64,000 bases of DNA from Candidatus Woesearchaeota archaeon (GTDB lineage: Archaea > Nanobdellota > Nanobdellia > Woesearchaeales > UBA10216), in contig JACPMZ010000003.1 of assembly GCA_016185705.1 (NCBI GenBank), positions 143,929-207,928 on the forward strand. Direction: 5' to 3'. Under the pieces are notes generated by a model. The model worked only from the letters and a program-made list of their open reading frames with translations, was not told where the DNA came from and made no database searches. The first letter of the stretch is position 1; every line of letters begins with the position of its first letter. Below are positions 9,538 through 20,260 of the stretch, piece after piece. A program made the translations under genes and the position numbers.

Positions 9538-12417
9538 GTGGTTAAAGAACTGAAGCTTAAGGTTGCGGAGTCGGTGCAGGACGACGTAAACAAGGGCATA
9601 GTAAGGGTAGATACCGGTTTCATGCATGAAATAGGAGTCAGGCCCGGGGACTTTGTTGAGATAGAAGGAAGCAGAAAAACAGTGGGCATAGCTGACCGCG
9701 CCTATCCCGGAGACATAGGCCTTGACTTGATAAGGATGGACGGGCTTGTAAGGAGGAACGCAAAGACAGGCATAGGAGAAATAGTCAAGATTACAAAAGC
9801 TGACGTGAAGGAAGCGAAGAAACTAATCATTGCGCCTGCCAGGAGGGGAATAATGATCAGGGCAAATCCTGAAGTTTTCAAGCAAGGACTTCTGGGAAGG
9901 GCATTAGTCAAGGGCGACATTGTTGCGCTTGGCGGAACAACGCGCAGGCGCTCAACACTAAGCCACAGCCCGTTTGAAGACATATTCCGCATGCTGGATG
10001 AAGACATAATGGGAGGATTCGGGTTTGGCGACATAAAGTTCGTAGTTGTAGATACGTTGCCGAAGCAGGCGGTAATAGTAACTGACCTGACAGAGGTCGT
10101 GTTCAACCCCGAAGCAGCAGAAACAATTGAGGAGCAGCGCTTTGACATAACCTATGAAGACATTGGCGGCCTGAACGATGAGGTGAAGAAAATAAGGGAG
10201 ATGGTTGAGCTTCCGCTGAAGCACCCCGAAATATTTGAACGCCTGGGAATTGAAGCGCCGAAAGGAGTGCTGCTGCACGGCCCCCCAGGAACAGGAAAAA
10301 CGCTTGTAGCCAAGGCAGTTGCCAATGAAACCAACTCCCACTTTATAGTCATCAACGGGCCGGAAATAATGTGCGTTGGCGGGGATACCAAAATAATGAC
10401 TAATCCGCATGGCGATTTAAAGGCAAAAGATATCTATCAACAAAAAGGCAGGAGAAAACAAGTTTCGGGTTATGAGGTCAATGAATTAGCCGAACCAATA
10501 AAAACTTACGGGTTTAAAGATGGAAAAGTTGTGAAAACAAAAATTACACATGCTGCGAAACTTAGAGCTAGCGCATACAGGGTTAAGATGGACGATAAAA
10601 CAAGCTTCATTACTTCTTCTAACCAGCCATTCCTGATATATGAACAAGGTAAATATGACTGGAAACCTGTTCGCAGTCTTCGTGCAGGAGATTCAGTGAC
10701 CAAACTGAAATCACTTGCGACCAAGAAGCTGGCTTTGCAACGAATAAAAGAAATCAAAAGCATAGGAGAAAGTGCCCTATACGATTTTACTGCACGCCAT
10801 GATAGCTTTTTAGCGGGATTGTATTTACTTCATAATAGCAAATTTTATGGCCAAAGCGAACAAAACCTGCGCAAAAAATTTGAAGAAGCGGAAAAAAACG
10901 CGCCGGCCATAGTTTTTATCGACGAGATTGACGCAATAGCAACCAGGCGGGAAGAGGTGCGCGGAGAAGTTGAACGCAGGGTAGTAGCGCAGCTGCTTGC
11001 CCTGATGGACGGCTTGAAAAGCAGGGGCAAGGTTGTGGTAATAGCAGCCACGAATGTTCCAAACCTGCTTGACCCTGCGCTTCGCAGACCAGGAAGGTTT
11101 GACCGCGAAATAGAGATAAGCGTGCCAAGCAAGGAAGGGCGGCTGGATATTCTGAAGATTCACACACGAAACATGCCATTAAGCAAAAACGTCAGCCTTA
11201 AAGAAATTGCAGCTGTAACGCACGGCTTCGTGGGAGCAGACGTGGCAATGCTGGCAAAGGAAGCAGCAATGGTAGTCCTGAGAAGGGTGCTGCCTGATTT
11301 GAGGCTTGATGAAGAAGAGCCCATACCAAAAGAAATACTTGAAAAGATGCAAATCACAAAGAAGGATTTCAAGGACGCGCTGAAATTTGTAAGGCCTTCT
11401 GCAATGCGAGAAGTATTGGTGGAAGTGCCAAACGTCAAGTGGAGCGACATTGGCGGACTTGAAGAGATGAAGCAGGAACTGAAGGAAGCTGTTGAATGGC
11501 CAATAAAAAGCCCTGAAGCGTTCAGGAGACTGGGCGTAAAGCCGCCAAAAGGGCTGCTGCTGTATGGGGCGCCCGGAACAGGAAAAACGATGCTTGCCAA
11601 AGCAGTGGCTACAGAGTCAGAGGCAAACTTCATCCTCGTAAACGGGCCTGAACTTTTCAGCAAGTGGGTGGGAGATAGCGAAAAAGCTGTTCGCGAAGTT
11701 TTCAAAAAAGCCAGGCAGACATCGCCAACAATAATCTTTTTTGACGAAATAGACTCATTAGCGCCGAGACGAGGCACAAGTTCAGACACAAACGTAACTG
11801 AGCGCGTAGTGAACCAGCTGCTGACAGAAATGGACGGCCTTGAAGACCTGTACGACATCGTAGTCATAGCTGCAACCAACAGGCCAGACATGGTGGACCC
11901 TGCCCTGCTGCGCCCCGGAAGATTTGACAGAATGGTGCTGGCACCTGTGCCCGACGAGAAAGCGCGGCTTGAAATATTCAAAGTGCATACACAGAATATG
12001 CCCATAAATTATAAATCACTGTCCAAAGATTACACGCCGGGCAAGGCTGTGAACGAAATACTTTCCAAGATGGCTGCAGATAATGCTATATCTGACAAAG
12101 ACGCAAAGAAAAAGCCGGCAGCGACTGATTTCAGCAAATTAAGCGATGAAGATAAGTTCCTCTACTCTCTGGCCGAGAGAACAGAAGGATACGTAGGAGC
12201 AGACATAGAGGCAGTGTGCAGGGAAGCAGCAATCTTTGCCTTAAGAAAAGACTTCAGCGCCAAGGAAGTGGAGGAAAAGCATTTTGCGGAAGCGCTGAAC
12301 AAAATCAGGCCCTCAGTAACAAAAGAAATCCAGGAAGCCTACGAGATGATAAGAGAAAGCTTCGCAACAGCAAGAGCAAAGGAGCTGAGGGAGGAAAAGC
12401 CGAGCTATATGGGTTAA
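9538..12417 (+). CDS. cdc48: CDC48/VCP family AAA ATPase containing a mini-intein
   Basis: Two AAA modules ([16 protein letters not shown]; DEID; RPGRFDR). Confidence 0.97.
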   Translation: MVKELKLKVAESVQDDVNKGIVRVDTGFMHEIGVRPGDFVEIEGSRKTVGIADRAYPGDIGLDLIRMDGLVRRNAKTGIGEIVKITKADVKEAKKLIIAPARRGIMIRANPEVFKQGLLGRALVKGDIVALGGTTRRRSTLSHSPFEDIFRMLDEDIMGGFGFGDIKFVVVDTLPKQAVIVTDLTEVVFNPEAAETIEEQRFDITYEDIGGLNDEVKKIREMVELPLKHPEIFERLGIEAPKGVLLHGPPGTGKTLVAKAVANETNSHFIVINGPEIMCVGGDTKIMTNPHGDLKAKDIYQQKGRRKQVSGYEVNELAEPIKTYGFKDGKVVKTKITHAAKLRASAYRVKMDDKTSFITSSNQPFLIYEQGKYDWKPVRSLRAGDSVTKLKSLATKKLALQRIKEIKSIGESALYDFTARHDSFLAGLYLLHNSKFYGQSEQNLRKKFEEAEKNAPAIVFIDEIDAIATRREEVRGEVERRVVAQLLALMDGLKSRGKVVVIAATNVPNLLDPALRRPGRFDREIEISVPSKEGRLDILKIHTRNMPLSKNVSLKEIAAVTHGFVGADVAMLAKEAAMVVLRRVLPDLRLDEEEPIPKEILEKMQITKKDFKDALKFVRPSAMREVLVEVPNVKWSDIGGLEEMKQELKEAVEWPIKSPEAFRRLGVKPPKGLLLYGAPGTGKTMLAKAVATESEANFILVNGPELFSKWVGDSEKAVREVFKKARQTSPTIIFFDEIDSLAPRRGTSSDTNVTERVVNQLLTEMDGLEDLYDIVVIAATNRPDMVDPALLRPGRFDRMVLAPVPDEKARLEIFKVHTQNMPINYKSLSKDYTPGKAVNEILSKMAADNAISDKDAKKKPAATDFSKLSDEDKFLYSLAERTEGYVGADIEAVCREAAIFALRKDFSAKEVEEKHFAEALNKIRPSVTKEIQEAYEMIRESFATARAKELREEKPSYMG
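10372..10836 (+). mobile_element. mini-intein (155 aa, no endonuclease) in Cdc48 D1
   Basis: GPEIM|CVGGDT...YLLHN|SKFYG; removal restores GPEIMSKFYG. Confidence 0.93.
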
Positions 12418-12421
12418 ATAA

Positions 12422-12505
12422 TGGAAGACATAAGCAACGCACAGGAAATGCCATGCCTTCCAAACTTCAGCTGAGGAAAATGAATATGCGAAACTATTGT
12501 CCTCA
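12422..12505. repeat. two-unit palindromic mosaic, copy of 3846-3921
   Basis: Shared ATGCCTTCCAAACTTyAGCTGAGGAAAATGAATATGCGAAACTATTGTCCTCAA. Confidence 0.8.
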
Positions 12506-12602
12506 ACTAAAAATACAAAAACCTTAAATAATTCTGATGCTGTGATAAGCCGATACATATGCTACTGATGCCATCCAAGGCGCGTGCGCCAGCTGCTTGG
12601 GT

Positions 12603-12648
12603 TCACTTTTTTCCCTACCTCTAAAGTTTAAGGGAGGGAAAAAAGTGA
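12603..12648. repeat. CCCT/AGGG intergenic hairpin
   Basis: TCACTTTTTTCCCT...AGGGAAAAAAGTGA arms with AT-rich loop. Confidence 0.75.
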
Positions 12649-12700
12649 GCGGTGAAACGCGATAAGCTGACATTCCGGCTGGCAATAAGAAGAAAAAGAG

Positions 12701-12958
12701 GTGCAAAACATGTGGCCATTCAGCGAACGCAGAGCAGGAAAAACAGTTGCAGAAAGGCGCAAAGACAGCAGTTCGCAGGTAGTTAAGCTTGCCGACACGA
12801 TTCACCGGCTGCAGTCAAGAGTGGTATGGATTGAGCGGAATGCGCCTTACGAAAAAAACGATAAGAGAAGAGAAAATTTAGATAAGGAGAAACTAAGACT
12901 TGAAAGGCAAATCCAGGCCCTTGAGAGGCAGCACCACGCACTGTCAGGAAAAAGATAA
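12701..12958 (+). CDS. small coiled-coil hypothetical protein
   Basis: ORF ends 2 nt before gatD; GAGGTG upstream suggests start at ATG 12710. Confidence 0.55.
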   Translation: MQNMWPFSERRAGKTVAERRKDSSSQVVKLADTIHRLQSRVVWIERNAPYEKNDKRRENLDKEKLRLERQIQALERQHHALSGKR

Positions 12959-12960
12959 CC

Positions 12961-14253
12961 ATGGCAAAACCGGGAGACTATGTTGAGGTAACCACTTCTG
13001 AAGAAAGCATTAAAGGAATATTGCTGGAAAGCCCTGAGCTGGACAAAGACGTTGTTATCGTAAAGCTGGATTCCGGCTACAACATAGGCATTGACAAAAA
13101 GAAAGTCAGGAAAACATCCTTGCTGCAGCAGCCGAAGGCAGCTGAAAAAGCAGCAAAAAAGGAAAAAACTGCCGGCAGCAAAAATCTGCCAAAAATATCC
13201 ATCCTGCACACCGGCGGAACAATAGCGAGCAGGGTTGACTACCGTACAGGCTCTGTGTATTCATCCTTCAAGCCTGAAGACTTACTTGAGCTTTCACCAG
13301 AACTTGCAGACATAGCGAAGTTTGACTCAGTGTTTCTGAGCAACATGTGGAGCGATGATTTACGATTCCCGCACTTTGAAAAAATAGCTGAAGCAATAGA
13401 AAAAGAAGTCAAACGCGGCGTAGACGGAATTATCATCGGAATGGGAACTGACAACCTGGCAGTTGCCGCAGCAGCCGTTTCCTTCATAGTTGAGAGCACA
13501 CCAATCCCAATAATTTTTGTAGGCGCACAAAGAAGCTCAGACCGCGGAAGCAGCGATGCAGCCATGAATTTGATTTGTGCGGCAACTTTTATCGCGCAGT
13601 CAGACTATACAGGCGTGGCTTTGTGCATGCACGAAAGCAGCAGCGATAATGACTGCTTAATCCTGCCTGCGTGCAAAACAAGAAAGATGCACACTTCCAG
13701 AAGGGACGCGTTCAGACCTGTAAACGCAAAGCCAATCGCAAGAGTAAACTACGAAACCAGAACTGTAACAACAATCACGAAAACCGAAAAAGCGGATAAG
13801 CTTACAATAAAGCCAAAAATGGAAGACAAGGTAGGGCTGCTCAAAATACACATCCACATGCAGCCGCAGCAGTTTGAATTCTACAAGGGCTACAAAGGAC
13901 TGGTAATAGAAGGCACCGGGCTGGGGCACACGCCCGGACAAATACCTGACGACATCGCGGCAATGCACAAAAAAATCTATCCGGCAATAAAAGAAGTGAT
14001 AAAATCAGGGTGCGTAGTCGTAATGACATCACAGTGCCTGTACGGAAGGGTGCAGATGAGCGTATACGACAAAGGCCGCGACCTGACTGCGCTTGGCATA
14101 ATCCCGGGCGAAGACATGCTGCCGGAAACAGCGTTTGTAAAACTGGCATGGCTGCTCGCCAACCACACAAAAGAAGAAACCAAAAAGCTGATTGCCGAAA
14201 ACCTACGAGGAGAAATAAGCAGCAGAAGCGAGGAGAAGAATTTTTTGGCATAG
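12961..14253 (+). CDS. gatD: Glu-tRNA(Gln) amidotransferase subunit D
   Basis: KLDSGYNIGI, TGGTIASRVDYRTG, GAQRSSDRGSSD, KMHTSRRDAF. Confidence 0.96.
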   Translation: MAKPGDYVEVTTSEESIKGILLESPELDKDVVIVKLDSGYNIGIDKKKVRKTSLLQQPKAAEKAAKKEKTAGSKNLPKISILHTGGTIASRVDYRTGSVYSSFKPEDLLELSPELADIAKFDSVFLSNMWSDDLRFPHFEKIAEAIEKEVKRGVDGIIIGMGTDNLAVAAAAVSFIVESTPIPIIFVGAQRSSDRGSSDAAMNLICAATFIAQSDYTGVALCMHESSSDNDCLILPACKTRKMHTSRRDAFRPVNAKPIARVNYETRTVTTITKTEKADKLTIKPKMEDKVGLLKIHIHMQPQQFEFYKGYKGLVIEGTGLGHTPGQIPDDIAAMHKKIYPAIKEVIKSGCVVVMTSQCLYGRVQMSVYDKGRDLTALGIIPGEDMLPETAFVKLAWLLANHTKEETKKLIAENLRGEISSRSEEKNFLA

Positions 14254-14334
14254 AACCCTTCATTATCTGTAACCACTATTAAGTTGCTATTAAATCGAAA
14301 GGTTTAAATAGTCCCTCCTTCTGCTTCCGCCAAT

Positions 14335-14985
14335 ATGGAACACGACCCTCTGGAAAGAGCAGCTGAATTGATGGAATCGGCCATGAGCACTGACAACCCT
14401 GCCAAAAAAGCTGCATTTGCACTTCAGGCTGCACTGCTGTACGGGAGAGTTCTGAACAGGCGAAGGGACGCAGGACATTTTGGCGGAAACGAGATGCTGA
14501 ACGCCTTTGGGCGTGCGGCTTATGAACTCGCTGAACGTTCCAAATGTGAGGCGATTGAGAAAGAACTTGAGGAATTTGAAGGTTCTCCAACACTGACTGC
14601 AGGCAATATAGATAAAATCGTCCTTGATGTTCATTTGCATAATCTTATCAGACAGAAAGATGGCATTGCTGCAAAGATACAGGAAGCAGGAATGAAGCTG
14701 AATACTTATGGAGAATATTTTGGGCTTCAGATTGCGCCTTCCAAAACAAGCCCTCTAACAAGGCAGCTTGATGAGTTATTCTGTCATTACAGTAACCTTG
14801 TAACCCAGGCAGTGACTGTGTATGCACAACTGTTGGAAATCCTCCCTCGCAGCCCATTCAAGGATAACATTATTTATGAAATAAAAGGGCATGTTGCAAA
14901 ATGCATTGAGCTTAGAAACCAGATTCGCCTTAGAGACCACCCGGGCGATTCCGAAATAATTCAATCCCATCCATTTCTAAATTAG
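14335..14985 (+). CDS. hypothetical helical protein between gatD and gatE
   Basis: 216-aa ORF with its own TTTAAATA box at ~14303. Confidence 0.7.
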   Translation: MEHDPLERAAELMESAMSTDNPAKKAAFALQAALLYGRVLNRRRDAGHFGGNEMLNAFGRAAYELAERSKCEAIEKELEEFEGSPTLTAGNIDKIVLDVHLHNLIRQKDGIAAKIQEAGMKLNTYGEYFGLQIAPSKTSPLTRQLDELFCHYSNLVTQAVTVYAQLLEILPRSPFKDNIIYEIKGHVAKCIELRNQIRLRDHPGDSEIIQSHPFLN

Positions 14986-15213
14986 TCTGCCCTGAGAAGA
15001 GGTGAGGAGTTTGGGGTGTGTTGTTAAGCTTTCTGATGCTGCTAAAACTAAGCAGATGCAGTTTCGGAGCAGCAGCAGTGGCGGCTGCCGCTTCTGCGGA
15101 AAAACTGAAAATCCTCGTTAGCGCTGCTACTACTGAAATTCAAGAAACCACCCGCAGATTGAACAATGCCGACCACCAAAAAGATTTTTAAAAAGAAACA
15201 CGGCAATAAAGCC

Positions 15214-17040
15214 ATGGCTATTGATTATTCTGCCCTTGGCTTAAAAGCAGGACTGGAGATTCACCAGCAGCTTGACACTGCCAATAAACTGTTCTGCAGC
15301 TGCCCTGCTGAGATACGGGATGACCGGCCTGACGTAATCATCAAGCGCCGGCTTAGGGCTTCTGCCGGCGAGTCAGGAGCAGTGGACGTAGCTGCTGCCT
15401 ATGAGCAAGTGAAAGACAAGCATTTCATTTACCACGCATACAACGACTCTGTCTGCGAAGTGGAGTATGACGAAGAGCCGATACATGAGCTGAATCCTGA
15501 TGCGCTTAATGCTGTGCTGCAGGTTGCCCTGATGCTTAATTCCAGAGCTGTTGACCGCGTAATAGTGATGCGGAAAACAGTTGTTGACGGCAGCAACACC
15601 TCAGGATTCCAGCGCACGGCACTGGTTGCGCGCAACGGGAAGGTTGAGCTGCTGTCAGGAAAAGTGGGAATAGCCAGTGTGTGCGTAGAGGAGGAATCAG
15701 CAAAAATTGTTGAAAGAGCAGCTGACAGGGACATTTACAATTTATCGCGGCTCGGCATACCGCTGGTGGAAGTGGCAACAGAGCCGGACATCAAAAGCCC
15801 AGAGCAGCTGCGGGAAGTGGCAGAATACCTCGGCATGGTGCTGCGAAGCACCCGGAAGGTAAAACGCGGCTTAGGCACAATAAGGCAGGACATCAACGTG
15901 TCAATCAGGGAAGGGGCAAGGGTTGAGATAAAAGGCGCGCAGGATTTAAGAATGCTGGCAAAACTGGTTGAAAACGAAGCACTGCGGCAAAAAAACTTAG
16001 TTGGGGCAGCAAAAGAACTGCAGCAGAGAAAAGCTGCGGTTACTGACAGCGTTGTTGACATCACCAGCGTCCTCAGCAGCAGCGAATCAAAACTAATCAA
16101 AAACACCATTGACAACAAAGGAGCAATAAAAGCAATTAAGCTGCGGGGATTCAAAGGGCTTGTTGGCAAAGAAATACAGCCGGGAAGAAGACTAGGCACA
16201 GAGCTTTCTGACTGCGCAAAAGCATACGGAGTCTCAGGCATAATACACTCTGACGAACTGCCAAAATATGGGATAAGCGAAAGCGAAGCAGAAAAAGTCA
16301 GCAGGAAACTTGGCTGTAGCAGCAATGACGCATTTGCATTCGCAGCTGCCTCAAATGAAAAAGCGGAGACAGCAATGAAAGCAGTCATTGAAAGGGCGAA
16401 GCAGGCAATTGCCGGAGTGCCCCAAGAGGTGAGGAAAGCAAATCCCGACGGAACAACAAGCTTTTTGCGACCGATGCCGGGCTCGGCAAGAATGTATCCT
16501 GAAACAGACGCGCAGACAGTAAAGCCCGTAACTGCCGGAATAAAGCTGCCGCAGCTGATAACAGAAAAAGCCGGCGACTACAGCAGCTTAGGGCTAAGCA
16601 GGGATTTGGCGCAAAAAATAATCAGGGAAGGAGCAGAGCAGCTCTTTGAGGAAATGATTGAAGCAAACAGCAAGCTCAGCGCATCCTACATAGCAGAAAT
16701 ATTGGTCAGCTACGCAAAAGAAATGGAAAAGCGAAAGCTGGACTGCACAAAAATAACAGACAACCATTTCCGGGAAATCTTTGCAGCGCTGAACAGCGGA
16801 AAAATAGCAAAGGAAACAGCAATGGATGCGCTGGCAGATGCCGCTGCGGGCCAGAGTCTCAGCCTGGAAAAATACAAAACAATGACCGATGCCGAACTTG
16901 AGAAAGAACTGAAGAAAATAATAAGCGGCAACAAAGAGCTTCCGCCCAATGCGCTTATGGGAAAAGCAATGCAAACGCTGCGCGGAAAAGCGCCGGGGAA
17001 GAAGGTTGCGGAACTGATAAGAAAGCTTAAGACTGCCTGA
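15214..17040 (+). CDS. gatE: Glu-tRNA(Gln) amidotransferase subunit E
   Basis: GLEIHQQL, DGSNTSGFQRT, RGLGTIRQD, RPMPGSARMYPETD; start moved to the ATG after the TATA at ~15185. Confidence 0.96.
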   Translation: MAIDYSALGLKAGLEIHQQLDTANKLFCSCPAEIRDDRPDVIIKRRLRASAGESGAVDVAAAYEQVKDKHFIYHAYNDSVCEVEYDEEPIHELNPDALNAVLQVALMLNSRAVDRVIVMRKTVVDGSNTSGFQRTALVARNGKVELLSGKVGIASVCVEEESAKIVERAADRDIYNLSRLGIPLVEVATEPDIKSPEQLREVAEYLGMVLRSTRKVKRGLGTIRQDINVSIREGARVEIKGAQDLRMLAKLVENEALRQKNLVGAAKELQQRKAAVTDSVVDITSVLSSSESKLIKNTIDNKGAIKAIKLRGFKGLVGKEIQPGRRLGTELSDCAKAYGVSGIIHSDELPKYGISESEAEKVSRKLGCSSNDAFAFAAASNEKAETAMKAVIERAKQAIAGVPQEVRKANPDGTTSFLRPMPGSARMYPETDAQTVKPVTAGIKLPQLITEKAGDYSSLGLSRDLAQKIIREGAEQLFEEMIEANSKLSASYIAEILVSYAKEMEKRKLDCTKITDNHFREIFAALNSGKIAKETAMDALADAAAGQSLSLEKYKTMTDAELEKELKKIISGNKELPPNALMGKAMQTLRGKAPGKKVAELIRKLKTA

Positions 17041-17082
17041 ATCCTGACTGCCAATTTTGGCAAAGAAACAGAAAAGTTTATA

Positions 17083-17108
17083 TATGTGAAATAATGTGTA
17101 ATCACATA
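17083..17108. promoter_or_regulatory. putative autoregulatory operator (TATGTGA-N12-TCACATA) overlapping the TA promoter
   Basis: Inverted repeat between TTTATATA box (17077) and antitoxin start. Confidence 0.55.
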
Positions 17109-17109
17109 A

Positions 17110-17343
17110 GTGATGAACATGACAAATCTTACCTTAGCAATACCAGATGAATTGCATACCAAAATGAAAAGGCACTCTGACATCAGATGGAGTGAAGTAG
17201 TCAGAAAATCAATTGCAAAAAAAGTGGAAATGTTGGACATTATGGACAGAATAGCGCAAAAAAGCAAACTTACCCAGAAAGATGCCGATGAAATCTCGCA
17301 TAAAATTAAAAAAGATATTTTTGAGGATTTAAATAAAAAATGA
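17110..17343 (+). CDS. ribbon-helix-helix-type antitoxin (VapB-like)
   Basis: MTNLTLAIPDELH..WSEVVRKSI; ATGA overlap with the PIN gene. Confidence 0.8.
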   Translation: MMNMTNLTLAIPDELHTKMKRHSDIRWSEVVRKSIAKKVEMLDIMDRIAQKSKLTQKDADEISHKIKKDIFEDLNKK

Positions 17344-17768
17344 TTGTAGTAGTGGATGTTAACCCCCTTATTTCTGCATTAATCAGGGATTCGTACACAA
17401 GACGTATTTTTGCTGGCGCTGATTTTGATTTTTGCCTTCCAGAACCTGCGCTTCAGAAAATCAGAAAGTACAAGCAGTACATTATTGATAAATCAGGCCT
17501 GTCCGAATTGGAGTATTTAGCCATCCTGCATTCACTACTTCGCTTCATCAGAATAATACCTGTCGAAGATCTGCAACAGCATTTCAAAGAAGCCAAAAAA
17601 ATTATGGAACACATAGACCCCGAGGATGCAGCCTTTATTGCCGCTGCCCTGAGCCAGGAAAATGCAGTAATATGGTCTGACGACGCCCATTTTGACAAAC
17701 AGAACAAAGTCAAAGTGCTGAAAACAAAGAACATGGCCGAATTATGCACGGAAAAAACACCTGGGTGA
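17340..17768 (+). CDS. PIN-domain toxin (VapC-like)
   Basis: VVVDVNPLISAL, DPEDAAFIAAA, IWSDDAHF. Confidence 0.88.
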   Translation: MIVVVDVNPLISALIRDSYTRRIFAGADFDFCLPEPALQKIRKYKQYIIDKSGLSELEYLAILHSLLRFIRIIPVEDLQQHFKEAKKIMEHIDPEDAAFIAAALSQENAVIWSDDAHFDKQNKVKVLKTKNMAELCTEKTPG

Positions 17769-17866
17769 TTAAGGCGCTCTACAAGGCGCACTAAATATTC
17801 GGGAATATGTCCATAAGTCGCCAACAGCCGCACTGATAGTTAAAGACATCGCAGCAACAAATTCCC

Positions 17867-18006
17867 GGTAATTTCAAGTTAAGTGGCAAAACTGTCGCAC
17901 ACTGCTCTGATTTTTTTCTCCCCCCCTTAAAAAATAAGGGGGGAGAAAAAAATCAGCCAAGCAGGCATCGGCAAGCTCAGGATTGCAGGACACACAACTT
18001 GACATT
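17867..18006. mobile_element. MITE family A copy lacking the last 3 bp
   Basis: 140 bp, 1 mismatch versus 8011-8150; ends at GACATT. Confidence 0.88.
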
Positions 18007-18017
18007 CAGTAAAAAGC

Positions 18018-18875
18018 GTGACAGCCATCGGCAAGAACCTCAACATCGGCCCCTTTGTGCTCAGCTTTCTGCTGGTAGGGCTTGTCAGCGCCCTGCCTGA
18101 AGGATTCATATCGGTAATATCAGGCTTTCAGGGCGTTCCGAAGCTGGGGTTTGGAACACTCATAGGAAGCGTAATACTTGACCTGACGCTTGTCATAGGG
18201 CTGGTTGCCGTGGTTGCCAGGAAGACAAAAGTAACGAAAGGGCTGACTTATGAGCTCTGGCTGTTCTCGCTGATGGCATTGCTGTTTGCGCTTGCCTTTG
18301 ACGGCACTGTGTCAAGAATGGACGGCGCAATACTAATTGGAGGAAGCGTGCTGTTCTTCTACAACATACTACAAAACCACCACATCATGGACAAGCTCGT
18401 GCATTCAGACAAAAGGCATCTCATAAAGCAGTCAATGATTTTTGCGGCATCTGCAGCAGCAGTCTTCATAAGCGCAAATTTCTTAGTCAAATATTCGCAA
18501 TCCATGGCAGCAGACTTCGGAGTGCCACTGGTGGTAATAGGAATAATACTGCTTGCGCTTGCAACATCACTGCCTGAAGCAGTGTTTGCAATAACAGCCG
18601 CATCCAAGAAACTGGCTGACGTAGCCCTCGGGGAGATGTTCGGAGTGATTGTAATAGACGGAACGCTGCTAATCGGTTTAGTTGCAGTAATACGCCCCAT
18701 ACTGCTGCCGGCAGCAGAACTCACAAAGCTTGCCGTGTTTGTGCTTACGGCAATAGCGCTCGCAACATACTTCACAAGAACAGACAAAATGCTGACGTGG
18801 CAGGAAGGAGTTTTCCTGATAATGTTTTACATACTGTTCCTGTTTACCGAATTGACGACAACGGCAATTCCGTAA
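18018..18875 (+). CDS. sodium:calcium antiporter (CaCA), apparently 5'-truncated
   Basis: Alpha repeats SALPE and TSLPE; first TM helix missing, in-frame TGA at 18000 lies inside the MITE end. Confidence 0.8.
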   Translation: MTAIGKNLNIGPFVLSFLLVGLVSALPEGFISVISGFQGVPKLGFGTLIGSVILDLTLVIGLVAVVARKTKVTKGLTYELWLFSLMALLFALAFDGTVSRMDGAILIGGSVLFFYNILQNHHIMDKLVHSDKRHLIKQSMIFAASAAAVFISANFLVKYSQSMAADFGVPLVVIGIILLALATSLPEAVFAITAASKKLADVALGEMFGVIVIDGTLLIGLVAVIRPILLPAAELTKLAVFVLTAIALATYFTRTDKMLTWQEGVFLIMFYILFLFTELTTTAIP

Positions 18876-18910
18876 AAGTTTTAAATGGGCTTAGAGAACT
18901 TAATTGCTAT

Positions 18911-18996
18911 GCCTCCGTAGCTCAGTGGCCAGAGCGAGGGTTTTGTAAATGCATCAAAACAACCTTAGGTCGTGGGTTCAACTCCCATCGGAGGCT
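18911..18996 (+). tRNA. tRNA-Thr(TGT) with 13-nt canonical 37/38 intron (18948-18960)
   Basis: GCCTCCG/CGGAGGC acceptor, AGGGT-TT TGT A|A-ACCTT anticodon arm, GGTTCAACTCC T arm. Confidence 0.92.
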
Positions 18997-19181
18997 TATT
19001 CTTTTTTTCGTGTTATATGAAGATGAAGTTTCTAACAGGCAGCCCTCAGCGCTTTATCTTCCATCCCCTTATCTCATCTCTGACTGAGGGAAAATAAATA
19101 GCGCAGGGCAGGCGGAAACTGGAAAATCTGCTTTGCATTTCGCAAAAATTTAAAAACATCGCTTCCAGCCTGCCAGCAAGG

Positions 19182-20006
19182 ATGGCTTCGTTTATAGGAG
19201 AGGTAAGCCTGGAAAGGTTTGTGTTCTTCATAGTCGTAATAGTCATGACAATAGCAGTCGGGAACACCCTTTCAGCTTTTATCAGAAAATATTTCAAGCT
19301 CAAGGGCAGGAAATCGTGGTTCTACATACTGCTGCCAAAGCTCGTCCTTTACACCATATACGCTGCCGGCTTCTACTACGCAACCAACGAAATCATACGC
19401 TTCAATGTTACGGCCTTCGCAGCAGCATTCGGAATAATCGGCATTGTAGTGGCTTTTTCGTCGCAGCAGACAATCCAAAACATAATAGCAGGAGTCATAC
19501 TGTTCTTTGACAGACTGATACAGGAGGGCGAGTACATCGAGTTCAACAACGCTCTCTGCAAGGTTGAGGACATTTCCCTGAGAAAGACAAAGCTCCGGGC
19601 TGTGGACGGCAGGCTCATAGTAGCGCCAAACTCCCAGTTTGTCACGGGAACTGTCGTAAATTACAGCAAAGGCCACTTTTACCGGATAACCGCGCAGATA
19701 CCGGTGGGTTCTGAATCCGACATCGACAAGGCAAAAAGCATACTATACCAGATTGCTGTTGACCATGCCGAGATAGTGCCCAGAATACCCCTCAGGAAAA
19801 AGTCGGTTATTGAACTAATGCTGAACGTCCCGCCAAACCTCCAGAAATTCGAGCCAAAGGTGTGGGTGAAAGAGTTGAGCAAGGAAAAGACAGTGCTCGA
19901 GGTATGGTGCTGGATAGGGAACATAAGGGCAAAGGAAAGGATACTGACTGATTTCTACCAGGAAGCGAAAAAACGCCTGGCTGAAGCAAATATAAAACTT
20001 GCATAG
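19182..20006 (+). CDS. small-conductance mechanosensitive channel (MscS family)
   Basis: 3 TM helices, QQTIQNIIAG, EDISLRKT, APNSQF. Confidence 0.9.
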   Translation: MASFIGEVSLERFVFFIVVIVMTIAVGNTLSAFIRKYFKLKGRKSWFYILLPKLVLYTIYAAGFYYATNEIIRFNVTAFAAAFGIIGIVVAFSSQQTIQNIIAGVILFFDRLIQEGEYIEFNNALCKVEDISLRKTKLRAVDGRLIVAPNSQFVTGTVVNYSKGHFYRITAQIPVGSESDIDKAKSILYQIAVDHAEIVPRIPLRKKSVIELMLNVPPNLQKFEPKVWVKELSKEKTVLEVWCWIGNIRAKERILTDFYQEAKKRLAEANIKLA

Positions 20007-20260
20007 CTGTTATATCTGCTTTCCAAGTGCAATGCGCGCTTTTCACCTCTGAACTCCTTGCGCTGCTTTTGTCAGAAGCATCTGCTTCTGAGCATGCTCA
20101 GAAACCTCCGGTTTCTGACATTTCCCTCTGGCAGTTGCAGCTGGCAGATTCTCCTTCCCAAGTTTGCCATAAAGTAACCACTTCTAAATAGCTACAAAAA
20201 CGAAAGTTTTATATAGTAGTTGTTTCTCTAAAGTAGTTACATGTTGGGGTGTGAAGGAAA

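Noticed and set aside
11160-12005. Long antisense ORFs (also 49222-50103, 50137-51114, 39807-40634, 35114-35830)
   Set aside because: Shadow frames opposite well-supported genes, with Ser/Phe-rich composition expected from antisense codons
18997-19181. Integrated element at tRNA-Thr
   Set aside because: No duplicated tRNA 3' end or integrase found; only a degenerate hairpin follows
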